DNA of 59,515 nucleotides, from positions 1 to 59,515 of the forward strand of contig JBJTOX010000071.1 in the NCBI GenBank assembly GCA_046074785.1, given 5' to 3'. The notes under the pieces were generated by a model. It searched no databases. It was given only the letters and a program-made list of their open reading frames with translations, and was not told the DNA's origin. Position numbers and translations under genes: made by a program. Source of the DNA: Actinomycetota bacterium. Its GTDB lineage: Bacteria; Actinomycetota; Acidimicrobiia; Acidimicrobiales; Ilumatobacteraceae. This document shows positions 26,221 through 34,871 of this stretch, one piece after another; position 1 is the first letter of the stretch; every line of letters starts with the position of its first letter.

Positions 26221-27228
26221 CTAGGCGCTGTCGAGTGCTGCAAGAAGCCGTTCAGTGGCTTGCGTAATGCACCACTTCGGCTGACTGAACGAGTCGTCAC
26301 CGAACATCGCGCGGAGGCTCACCACGGTTAGTCCGTCACGTTCTGCACGCGACCGGGCAGATTCCGTCACTTCTCCGCACACGGCAAGGATGCTCTTGTT
26401 GTTGCGACGGGCGAGTTGAGTGACGCCACCGACGACCTTGCCCTGAAAACTGGTGTCATCCAGTCGACCTTCCCCCGTCACGATGATGTCGCATTCAGTG
26501 ATGGCGTCGTACAGGCCGGTCTCTTCTGCAACCAGATCGAATCCCGGCACGAGGTGCGCGCCGAGCGCGTACAGTCCTCCCGCCAATCCGCCTGCAGCAC
26601 CACCACCAACTACGCGTGAGACGTCGACACCGAATCGATTCCGGTAGTGCTCGGCGGTACCAGCAAGCCGGGTGGCGAGGAACTTCACTTGCGTGGCAGA
26701 TGCTCCCTTCTGAGGTGCGAACATCTCTGCAGCGTCGAGGAAGAGCGTGTCGACGTCGCAAGCGACGAGGAACTCGACACGCTTCAGTCGCGCGGGCGTG
26801 GTGATTGCTTGCACGGCTCCGAGCCCGCCGTCGGTCGTAGCCGAACCACCGAGACAGACGATGATTCGTTCGGCACCGAGGTTGAGCGCAGTGTCAATGA
26901 GTTGACCGGTACCGATGGTCGATGCAGCAAGTGGATCGTTTGCCTCGGTGCCACCAGCGAGTTCGATTCCAGACGCCAGCGCCATCTCGATGACGGCAGT
27001 TCCACGATGCAGTCGCCAAGGTGCATCCACTGGCGCACCCAGCGGGCCTTCAACACGAGTCGTTCTGTTCGGCCCGCCCAAGACCGCGAGCGTGCCCTCG
27101 CCTCCATCAGCCAGCGGTAGTTCGACGCAGTCGTGACCGGTGGTCCAGCACGCGTCAGCAATGGCGCGGGCAGCCTCGGCAGATGACACGGTGCCGCGAA
27201 ACTTGTCGACTGCTGCAAGCACTCGCAC
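26221..27228 (-). CDS. glxK: Glycerate kinase
   Basis: LAAVDKFRGT, PLADGGEGT, CLGGSATTDGG and GEGRLDDTS motifs. Start is GTG 27228 or 27222. Confidence 0.8.
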   Translation of the reverse strand: MRVLAAVDKFRGTVSSAEAARAIADACWTTGHDCVELPLADGGEGTLAVLGGPNRTTRVEGPLGAPVDAPWRLHRGTAVIEMALASGIELAGGTEANDPLAASTIGTGQLIDTALNLGAERIIVCLGGSATTDGGLGAVQAITTPARLKRVEFLVACDVDTLFLDAAEMFAPQKGASATQVKFLATRLAGTAEHYRNRFGVDVSRVVGGGAAGGLAGGLYALGAHLVPGFDLVAEETGLYDAITECDIIVTGEGRLDDTSFQGKVVGGVTQLARRNNKSILAVCGEVTESARSRAERDGLTVVSLRAMFGDDSFSQPKWCITQATERLLAALDSA

Positions 27229-27248
27229 GGCTTCTAGTGTGTCGGAAC

Positions 27249-28685
27249 ATGAGCAACCCACTGGATCTTGACGCAACAGCACAATCTGAACTCGTTCGTG
27301 CCAAGCAGATCTCGGCGAGCGAACTCGTCGATCTCGCCATCGCCGCCGTCGAACGGGTGAATCCGAAGATCAACGCCGTAATCCACCCACGGTTTGAGCG
27401 CGCACGCACCGAAGCAACGACCCGAAGTTCGGGATCGTTTGCCGGTGTTCCGATCGTGGTGAAGGACCTCAACTGTCAGATCAAAGGTGAGCCGTACCAT
27501 CTCGGCACGCGCTTCTTGAAGAACCGAAAGTTCGTTGCACCCGAAGACTCGTATCTCTACGAGCGCCTCGTTCGTGCTGGCTTCGTGACCATCGGTCGTA
27601 CGAACACCCCCGAGTTCGGCAGCACGATTACCACCGAACCGCTCGCCTATGGTCCTGCGCGTAACCCGTGGAACACCGACCACTCGACAGGAGGCAGTAG
27701 CGGTGGTAGTGCGGCAACGGTGGCGGCCGGCTGTGTTGCCGTGGCACATGCGAACGACGGTGGCGGGTCGATTCGCATTCCGGCGAGCGAATGCGGGCTT
27801 GTCGGGCTGAAACCGAGCAAGGGTCGAGTGAGCCTGGGGCCAGCGCTGGGCGAATCGTGGATTGGTGGTGTGGTTGAAGGATGCGTCACGCGCAGCGTGC
27901 GAGACACGGCGGCAGTGATGGATGTCCTCGCTGGTTACGAGACGGGGGATCCGAACACACCACCACCGCCGTTGCGACCCTACGCCGACGAAGTTGGTGC
28001 GAAAGTCGAGCCATTACGCATCGGACTTCTGTCCGGTCCGCTACTTCCAGGTGGTCTCGATCACCCCGAAGCGCGGGAGTCAGTGGCGAACACCGGAAGA
28101 TTGTTGGAAGGTCTCGGACATCATGTCGAGATTTCGCACCCCGCGGCTCTGGACGAAGCCGAATTCGGTGACATGTTCCTTGCCGTCGTGATTGCGCATA
28201 TCGCAAACGACGTTGCGTCACTGGAGAAGATGTTCGGAGTCACGTTTACCACCGACGACATCGAGCCCGGCAACCATCTCATGTCCCAATTCGGCCAAGC
28301 CACCAATGTCGTTGCCTATCTGTCAGCGGTCAACTGGATGCATGCCTGGACACGTCGCGTTGCATCCTGGTGGCTACCCCGAGACGGCAGCAAGGGATTC
28401 GACGTACTCGTCACACCGACGCTCGCCGGGCCGCCACCCAAGATCGGCGAGCTGTCAGGTGACGACTCAACCGAGCGCATTCGCGAGATCATGCAGTACA
28501 CCGCGCAGTTCAACATGACTGGCCAGCCAGGTATCAGCCTGCCCTTGCACATGAGCAAGACCGGTTTGCCGATGGGCGTGCAGTTCGTCGGTGCACCGTA
28601 TCGAGAAGACCTACTGATTCGCCTCTCGGCTCAGATTGAGTCGGCGGCACCCTGGTCAAGTCGCCGACCCGTCGTGCGAGCGTGA
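27249..28685 (+). CDS. Amidase-signature family amidase
   Basis: 478 aa from ATG 27249. Signature [14 protein letters not shown] and [11 protein letters not shown] with the catalytic Ser-cisSer-Lys context (VVKD). Confidence 0.8.
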   Translation: MSNPLDLDATAQSELVRAKQISASELVDLAIAAVERVNPKINAVIHPRFERARTEATTRSSGSFAGVPIVVKDLNCQIKGEPYHLGTRFLKNRKFVAPEDSYLYERLVRAGFVTIGRTNTPEFGSTITTEPLAYGPARNPWNTDHSTGGSSGGSAATVAAGCVAVAHANDGGGSIRIPASECGLVGLKPSKGRVSLGPALGESWIGGVVEGCVTRSVRDTAAVMDVLAGYETGDPNTPPPPLRPYADEVGAKVEPLRIGLLSGPLLPGGLDHPEARESVANTGRLLEGLGHHVEISHPAALDEAEFGDMFLAVVIAHIANDVASLEKMFGVTFTTDDIEPGNHLMSQFGQATNVVAYLSAVNWMHAWTRRVASWWLPRDGSKGFDVLVTPTLAGPPPKIGELSGDDSTERIREIMQYTAQFNMTGQPGISLPLHMSKTGLPMGVQFVGAPYREDLLIRLSAQIESAAPWSSRRPVVRA

Positions 28686-29767
28686 TCGGTTCGTCGGGAT
28701 GGCTCCTCCTCACGGCTGAACTCGTCGCCCTCACCGCCACCGCACCACGGCTGTGGCGTGCATCAAGGGGTGGACGTCAACTGTTGAGCCAGTCGGCTGC
28801 GTCGTCGGATGAGGCTGCGTGGATCAGCGTCGTGATACCGGCACGCAACGAGTCGCGCCGAATCGCCGAATGCATCGCGCCACTCATCGGCGCTCGTGGC
28901 ATACGCGAGGTGATCGTCGTCGACGACCAATCATCGGACGACACTGCAACGATCGCGAGGAACCTCGGTGCCACCGTCGTGAGTGGAGCACCCCTTCCTG
29001 AAGGTTGGGTCGGAAAGATCTGGGCATTGCATCAAGGAATTCAAGTTGCAGTTGGTGAGGTCATCGTGACGCTCGATGCGGACGCACGCCCAGATCCTTC
29101 GTTGCCGTTGGTCACCGCCACCGCATTCGCTGAGAGCGGTGCAAAGCTCGCAACGGTCGCACCACGATTCCGAGTCACCTCGGTGGCTGGTCGATGGCTG
29201 CACGCGGCAATGTTGACGTCGCTGGTCTATCGGTACGGCGCCGGAACCGGTACGGCGTCGCATGACAGCGTGGCGAACGGCCAGTGCATGGTGTTCAGAA
29301 GAGACGATGCCGTTCGCGAGGAGTGGTGTGTGGCCGTGAAGAGCCACATCATTGAGGACGTCGCACTCTTGCGTCATCTCGTTCGCAACGGAGCCCATGT
29401 CGAGATGTTCGACGGTTCGAGGCTGCTCGCCGTGCAGATGTTCGAAGGATTCACTGAGACACTGCGAGGTTGGGGTCGTTCGCTCCCGCTCAGTGATGTC
29501 GACCGCCCGTTACGGCAGTGGGTTCGCTTGTTGACCACCGCTCTCACGCTCGTTGCACCGTTGTGGCTGGTCGTCTCCGGGATGGCAACACCGGTTTCTT
29601 ACTTGCTCCTCGCCGTGCGGCTCGGTGTGCTGTTCGGAACACGCCGTGCGTACGAGCAAGGCGGCGTGGGCTACTGGCTGTCGCCGATTGCCGACCTATT
29701 TGTCTGGGTCGTCGTCGCGAAAGGTACTCTCTTGCCGTCGCGCGAATGGCGTGGTCGCAAGTACTGA
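28682..29767 (+). CDS. Family 2 glycosyltransferase with C-terminal membrane domain (CruC/carotenoid glucosyltransferase-like, uncertain)
   Basis: ISVVIPARNE, VVDDQSSDDT and TLDADARP (DxD) motifs, followed by several TM helices. The GTG start overlaps the amidase stop. Confidence 0.7.
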   Translation: MIGSSGWLLLTAELVALTATAPRLWRASRGGRQLLSQSAASSDEAAWISVVIPARNESRRIAECIAPLIGARGIREVIVVDDQSSDDTATIARNLGATVVSGAPLPEGWVGKIWALHQGIQVAVGEVIVTLDADARPDPSLPLVTATAFAESGAKLATVAPRFRVTSVAGRWLHAAMLTSLVYRYGAGTGTASHDSVANGQCMVFRRDDAVREEWCVAVKSHIIEDVALLRHLVRNGAHVEMFDGSRLLAVQMFEGFTETLRGWGRSLPLSDVDRPLRQWVRLLTTALTLVAPLWLVVSGMATPVSYLLLAVRLGVLFGTRRAYEQGGVGYWLSPIADLFVWVVVAKGTLLPSREWRGRKY

Positions 29768-30319
29768 TTCGAGTCCGACCGCCATTGCAAATCGCAGTCC
29801 GATGATTGACATCAGCAACACGGTTGATGCTGCTTGCGCTAAGCCGTCGGCGTACCACTGAGCGAACGGATAGAGCACCACACCGATTCGTACGGCGTGG
29901 CTGAACTCACGGGTTGCCGCCCAGAACATGACGAACATGAGTACGCAAAATGCCGCCGGAGTCGGACTGAGCACGATCGCAGCACCCACCCAGGTGAGCA
30001 CGCTGCGTCCTCCACGGAACCTGGCAAACACCGGCCACGCATGCCCGACCATTGCTGCACCTGCGGCAAGGAACCAAATCCGCCAATCGTCGGAGAGTTC
30101 TTGAGCGATCGATACCGACAGCACACCTTTCAGCAGGTCACCAACGAAGATGGCAAGTGATTGGTTGCGGTTGAGGACCGTGCGTGAATTCCAGAAGCCG
30201 GGGTTCTTGTCACCGACGTCACGGAGGTTCGGCGCACCGGCTCGTCGAGTGACGAAGTCAGAAACGGGGATTGAGCCGAGGATGTAGCCAATGACGATGG
30301 CAAGCAAAGCCTCTGACAT
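29696..30319 (-). CDS. plsY: PlsY-family acyl-phosphate:glycerol-3-phosphate acyltransferase-like protein
   Basis: About 208 aa from ATG 30319. Motifs: IGYILGSIPVSDF, GDKNPGFWN, GHAWPVFARFRGG. The upstream 63 codons of the track ORF were dropped. Confidence 0.7.
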   Translation of the reverse strand: MSEALLAIVIGYILGSIPVSDFVTRRAGAPNLRDVGDKNPGFWNSRTVLNRNQSLAIFVGDLLKGVLSVSIAQELSDDWRIWFLAAGAAMVGHAWPVFARFRGGRSVLTWVGAAIVLSPTPAAFCVLMFVMFWAATREFSHAVRIGVVLYPFAQWYADGLAQAASTVLLMSIIGLRFAMAVGLESVLATTPFARRQESTFRDDDPDK

Positions 30320-30341
30320 GCAGACACACTGTATGGCACAC

Positions 30342-31034
30342 ATGCCGAGAGTCGCGACGTTCCATCTGTTTTCGTGGCAAGGCCTGACGCAGTCGTTGCA
30401 GGCCCTGGCATTTGATCGATTTCGTTTTCGTAAGAGTAAGGGTCTTGAGTTCATACGAGTTCTCGGTACGGGAGAGGGGAGAAGCACCGCACCCGGTTCG
30501 GAGCTCACTCGGACGGCGCTCTTCTGCCTGTTCGAAACCGAGCAGGATGCCGATCACTTCGTTGCGCAGGTCGGTGACCGCCGAGGAACACGGGAGTCAT
30601 GGCACGTCAAGATGCGGGGCGCTGGCGGCCACGGTGCCTGGCGTGGCAAGGACATTCCGCAACTGCTTGGTTCTCCCGCTTCGCGATCTTCTGGTTCAAT
30701 CGAACCACTGGCTGTCATCACCCGCGCACAGGTTCGAGTCGCTGCGTGGCGGGTGTTTGCAAATGAAGCGCGGATTGTAGATGCCGAGTTGCAGGGCAGT
30801 GACGGACTCCTGGCCGTGGTCGGAATTGGTGAGATGCCGATCAGACGTCTGGGTACGTTCAGCCTCTGGAGGAGTCCCGGGGCAATGCAGGACTTTGCTC
30901 GTCGTCGCCCGGAACACTCGCGAGTCGTAGCGCGCACTCGCGCCGAGCGTTGGTACGGCGAGGAAATGTTCGCGCGGTTTACGCCGTACTGGTCAACCGG
31001 TTCATGGGATGGCCATGATCCGCTGCAAAGCTAA
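30342..31034 (+). CDS. CrtA-like (spheroidene monooxygenase family) protein
   Basis: About 230 aa. The N-terminal pattern VATFHLFSW...ALAFDRF...GLEFIRVLGTGEG matches my recollection of the CrtA family N-terminus (V.tl.LF.f...lwAf..m...g..F.KL.GTGEG). The start could be ATG 30333 or 30342. Confidence 0.5.
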   Translation: MPRVATFHLFSWQGLTQSLQALAFDRFRFRKSKGLEFIRVLGTGEGRSTAPGSELTRTALFCLFETEQDADHFVAQVGDRRGTRESWHVKMRGAGGHGAWRGKDIPQLLGSPASRSSGSIEPLAVITRAQVRVAAWRVFANEARIVDAELQGSDGLLAVVGIGEMPIRRLGTFSLWRSPGAMQDFARRRPEHSRVVARTRAERWYGEEMFARFTPYWSTGSWDGHDPLQS

Positions 31035-31519
31035 CCCTGTGCGGTAATTCCGACCTCGGGTCGCTGCGATTGTCGCATGGTCAGCCATGGAAACAACATT
31101 CCGTAGGGCTCGCCGTTGGAATGATGATGTGATCGGTGCGCGGTTGCCAGGCTCTTCGACCAGCCAGAGTTGAGACGTTTCATCCAACGAATACGTCCGT
31201 GAATCATGCCGTCATGCACGACGGTGTAGACGATCCCGTACAGCGTGACACCGAGGAAGAGCGGGATGAACCACGCCAAACCCGACACGTTGAATCCAGC
31301 CCAGAAAGCGGCGACGACGACGACCGAGAACGCGAGTGGAAAGACGTCATTGGGCTCGGGTGACTTGTCGGCGTATTCGGCGGCGGCGTTGCGATGGTGG
31401 CTGATGTGGAGTCGTTCGAATGAGCCGTGCATCACGAAGCGATGGACGACGTACGTGACGACTTCCATCCCAAAGAATCCCAGGATGACCAAGAGCAGGG
31501 ACACGACCGGTTGCTGCAT
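31031..31519 (-). CDS. crtZ: Beta-carotene hydroxylase (CrtZ, fatty-acid hydroxylase superfamily)
   Basis: 162 aa from ATG 31519. Four His boxes in CrtZ order: HRFVMHG, HISHH, VHDGMIHGR, AHRSHHH. Confidence 0.75.
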   Translation of the reverse strand: MQQPVVSLLLVILGFFGMEVVTYVVHRFVMHGSFERLHISHHRNAAAEYADKSPEPNDVFPLAFSVVVVAAFWAGFNVSGLAWFIPLFLGVTLYGIVYTVVHDGMIHGRIRWMKRLNSGWSKSLATAHRSHHHSNGEPYGMLFPWLTMRQSQRPEVGITAQG

Positions 31520-31524
31520 GACGG

Positions 31525-32394
31525 CTACTTCTTGCCGACCAAACGAATGAGACCCTCTTGCACCACCGAGACGACGAGATCGCCGTTCTTGGAGAAGATG
31601 GCACCTCCGGCAAGACCCCGCGCCCCCGAGGTCGAGAGTGATGTCTGGTCGTAGAGCAACCACTCATCGGCCTTGAACGTCCGGTGAAACCACATCGCAT
31701 GATCAAGACTCGCCATCTGTACCTTGCCGTCAGTCCATCCGATGCCGTGTGGCAATAGTGCCGTGTCGAGCAACGTCATGTCGCTGGCATAAGTCACGAT
31801 GCATGTGTGCAACACGTGGTCGTCGGGAAGTGTTCCGTCGGCGCGCATCCACACTCGCTGCCCGAGTCGCGGATTCTTCTCGCGCGAAATGGGATCGGAG
31901 TCGACGTAACGAATGTCGATGGGGCGCGGTCGGTCGTACCATTCACCGAGCTGCTCCTTGTAGGGCGCCATGCGTGTCTTGAAGTCGGGGAGTGATTCTG
32001 GATCAGGTACATCGGTCGGCATCTTGAGTTGGTAGTCGAGCCCCGGCTCTTCGGTGTGAAAGCTCGCTTGCAGGTTGAAGATCACTTGACCGTGTTGGAT
32101 CGCGATCACACGCCGAGTCGAGAAACTCTTGCCGTCTCGCAGCCGGTCAACCTCATAGAGAATCGGAACGGTCGGATCACCTGGGCGAAGGAAGTACGCA
32201 TGCAGCGAGTGCACGCTGCGATTGCCGAGGTCGATAGTGCGTGCAGCCGCGACGAGGGCTTGACCAGCGACCTGGCCACCGAACACACGTTGACGGTTTT
32301 CATCGGGGCTTCGGCCACGGAAGATGTTGACCTCGATGGGCTCGACGTCGAGCAGGGCGACGAGGTCGTGTAACGGTTGCTGCGAGTTCGTCAC
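31525..32394 (-). CDS. tesB: Acyl-CoA thioesterase II
   Basis: 289 aa double hot-dog protein. Motifs: LLDVEPIEVNIFRG, RVFGGQVAGQAL, SLHAYFLRPGD, and C-terminal SLDHAMWFH. Confidence 0.8.
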   Translation of the reverse strand: MTNSQQPLHDLVALLDVEPIEVNIFRGRSPDENRQRVFGGQVAGQALVAAARTIDLGNRSVHSLHAYFLRPGDPTVPILYEVDRLRDGKSFSTRRVIAIQHGQVIFNLQASFHTEEPGLDYQLKMPTDVPDPESLPDFKTRMAPYKEQLGEWYDRPRPIDIRYVDSDPISREKNPRLGQRVWMRADGTLPDDHVLHTCIVTYASDMTLLDTALLPHGIGWTDGKVQMASLDHAMWFHRTFKADEWLLYDQTSLSTSGARGLAGGAIFSKNGDLVVSVVQEGLIRLVGKK

Positions 32395-32441
32395 CCCTCC
32401 ATGTTGGCAGAAGATTGCTCGGTAGCGTTCGTCGTCTCGTC

Positions 32442-33077
32442 ATGCTCGACGCCGCACTACGCACGATTGCACTCGAGACGAAGGGATTCATGCCCGCCGA
32501 TGAGGGCGATGCGCTGTATGCGGCGGCAATCGATGCATGTAGTCGTGTCGCGGGGTTGCCGATGGTCGAGGTCGGGTCGTATTGCGGTCGTTCCACGGTT
32601 TGGCTCGGTGCTGCGGCACGGCACAGTGGAGTCGTACTACACGCCGTCGACCATCACGGAGGCTCGGAAGAGAATCAAGCGGGCTGGGAGTGGCACGACC
32701 CTGAAGTGGTCAATAGCGATGGCCGAATCGACACGCTTCCATTCTTTCGCGAGACGATTCGACGAGCAGGACTCGTCACCGTCGTGCAGGAACATGTCGG
32801 AGACTCGCACGCGATAGGTCGAGCATGGCGGCAATCAGTCGCACTCTGTTTCGTCGACGGCGGTCACGGTCGAGACATTGCGCGAGGGGACTTCGCGGCA
32901 TGGTCACCGCACGTGGCCCTCGGAGGTTCGCTCGTCATCCACGATGTGTTCGAGCGTGCCGAGGACGGTGGTCAGGCGCCTTACGAGGAGATTTATCTTC
33001 CGGCGATTGCCTCTCGCGCGTTCGAGGAGGAATCTCGGACTGGTTCACTTCGCGTTTTGCGACGGGTGGCTACCTAG
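32442..33077 (+). CDS. Class I SAM-dependent (O-)methyltransferase, Methyltransf_24-like
   Basis: MVEVGSYCGRSTVWLGAAA, CFVDGGH and SLVIHDV blocks. Start is ATG 32442 or 32415. Confidence 0.6.
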   Translation: MLDAALRTIALETKGFMPADEGDALYAAAIDACSRVAGLPMVEVGSYCGRSTVWLGAAARHSGVVLHAVDHHGGSEENQAGWEWHDPEVVNSDGRIDTLPFFRETIRRAGLVTVVQEHVGDSHAIGRAWRQSVALCFVDGGHGRDIARGDFAAWSPHVALGGSLVIHDVFERAEDGGQAPYEEIYLPAIASRAFEEESRTGSLRVLRRVAT

Positions 33078-33107
33078 GAGTTCGAGACAGGCGTCTACCG
33101 CGAAGAG

Positions 33108-34868
33108 TCAGTGTTGTGTGAACAATTTGTGCGCCGGTGAGAGTGCCATCTGTGCGTCGGCGGCGAGAATCACGGCCGCACCGGTGTATGCGCTCACCTC
33201 GTCAACAGGGAACGCGATTCGCTGCGGATAGACGATGCCGGTGAGGTACGAACCATCTTCGTTACGGTGTGGATTCGTCAGCGCCAAGAGTTCGGCTGCA
33301 GTCTGCTGGTCGCCAATTGCGCTGTAGGCAATGGCGCACTCCGCGGTCTCGGACGCAGTGATCCACGGTTCGTCGCTCACGCACTTGATGCCACGTTCAT
33401 GGAGATAGAAACGTTCCCAGTCATCGTTGAGCCGCACTTTTGCTGCATCGTCAGTCAGGGCGCCGCCGAGAACCGGGTAGTACCAGTCCATCGCCCAGCG
33501 CTCCTTCGGCTCGAACGAAGTCGGTGAGTGGTTGATGACGGCATCAATTGCATCGGCGGCTGCACGCCACAGCGGTCGTGGCTCGCCGAGCAGTGCGGCA
33601 ACGTTGGCTGCGCAGTGCAGCGAGTGACGAATGGAGCTGCTACCCGTAAGCAACGCATATGACCACGGTTCGCTGTCGACTTCTTTCGCCCACAGGATCG
33701 TGCCGTCCTTACGCCGCATATTGAGCACGAACTCCATGGCTCGCTCGACCATCGGCCAGAAACGTTCGACGGCTGCGAGATCGTCTGCACACTGCCAGTG
33801 GTGCCAGACACCAGCCGCAACGTACGCGCAGACATTGGAGTCGAGTTTGGATTCCTTCACCGTTCCGTCGCTCCGGTAGTAGTTGTGCCACGAGCCGTCG
33901 CGGCGCTGTGTCTGCATCAGCCACTCGTAGGCACGGCGAGCTTCCGCATGCATACCCATGACATCGAGGGCCATGGCGGTCTCGACATGGTTCCACGGAT
34001 CACAGTGTCCGCCACGGAACCACGGAATCATTCCGCTCGGAAGCTGTAGTGATGCAATCCACTGCGCAGTCGTTCGAAGTTCGTCAGGTGACGGTGTGCG
34101 AAGCGCATTGGTCGCCTCCGAGGATGTCACGATCGACCCCGCGACTCTCGTACGGGGCTTGTCCGCATACACCACATATGACTTTCCGATTGCGGGACTG
34201 AGTGCGGTATCGAGTGCCCTCGTGATGAGCGGGGCCTTCGTGATGTCCCACTCGAGCAGTTTCTTGTACGGCGCGACGAGTGGATGATTCTCACGTGCCG
34301 GTCCGACGGCGCAACGCAACCACCAGTACGGCGAATGCAAACCGTGCGAGCGGTGTGAGCCGGTGATTGCGAGACCGTGTGCAGTGAGCTTGCCTCTCAA
34401 CTCAGCCGAGGAGTAGATGCGCACATGGCCACCTTCAACGAATGGTGCGTGGTACTCGTCGGAGAGCATCCAGTTGATCTTCTCGGGGAACCATGACGGC
34501 ACCGTCGCAGCAAACGTTCCGCCCGGCTTCAGCACTCGCACGAGTTCTCGAAGTGCGGCGTCGTCGTCATGGATGTGTTCGAGCACCTCGCTCGTCACGA
34601 CGCAATCGAATGCCGCGTCGGCAAACGGCAAATGAGTGGCATCACCGCGTATCGCGCCGCCGAATCGCGACGAATCAATCTCGCCCGCCATGGCCATCGC
34701 GGCAAACGTGTTGCGAGTCGCCGTGACTTCGTCATGGCCGAAGTCCAGGGCAACGACGGTGGCACCACGCCGCGCGGCTTCGTACGCGTGGCGACCGAAT
34801 CCGGCTCCCGCATCGAGGAACAGGGTGTTTTCGTCGATCGTCAGGCGGTCGAAGCGGATCGTGAGCAT
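33108..34868 (-). CDS. Fusion protein: N-terminal class I SAM methyltransferase + C-terminal alpha/alpha-toroid (prenyltransferase/terpene-cyclase or glycoside-hydrolase-like) domain
   Basis: aa 1-240 carry FLDAGAGFGRHAYEAARRGATVVALDF, VVTSEVLEHI and LKPGGTF. aa about 270-586 carry repeated aromatic-rich helical hairpins (LQLPSGMIPWF, QRRDGSWHNYY, RKDGTILW, NEDGSYLTG) typical of (alpha/alpha)6 barrels. Confidence 0.65.
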   Translation of the reverse strand: MLTIRFDRLTIDENTLFLDAGAGFGRHAYEAARRGATVVALDFGHDEVTATRNTFAAMAMAGEIDSSRFGGAIRGDATHLPFADAAFDCVVTSEVLEHIHDDDAALRELVRVLKPGGTFAATVPSWFPEKINWMLSDEYHAPFVEGGHVRIYSSAELRGKLTAHGLAITGSHRSHGLHSPYWWLRCAVGPARENHPLVAPYKKLLEWDITKAPLITRALDTALSPAIGKSYVVYADKPRTRVAGSIVTSSEATNALRTPSPDELRTTAQWIASLQLPSGMIPWFRGGHCDPWNHVETAMALDVMGMHAEARRAYEWLMQTQRRDGSWHNYYRSDGTVKESKLDSNVCAYVAAGVWHHWQCADDLAAVERFWPMVERAMEFVLNMRRKDGTILWAKEVDSEPWSYALLTGSSSIRHSLHCAANVAALLGEPRPLWRAAADAIDAVINHSPTSFEPKERWAMDWYYPVLGGALTDDAAKVRLNDDWERFYLHERGIKCVSDEPWITASETAECAIAYSAIGDQQTAAELLALTNPHRNEDGSYLTGIVYPQRIAFPVDEVSAYTGAAVILAADAQMALSPAHKLFTQH

Positions 34869-34871
34869 GGC

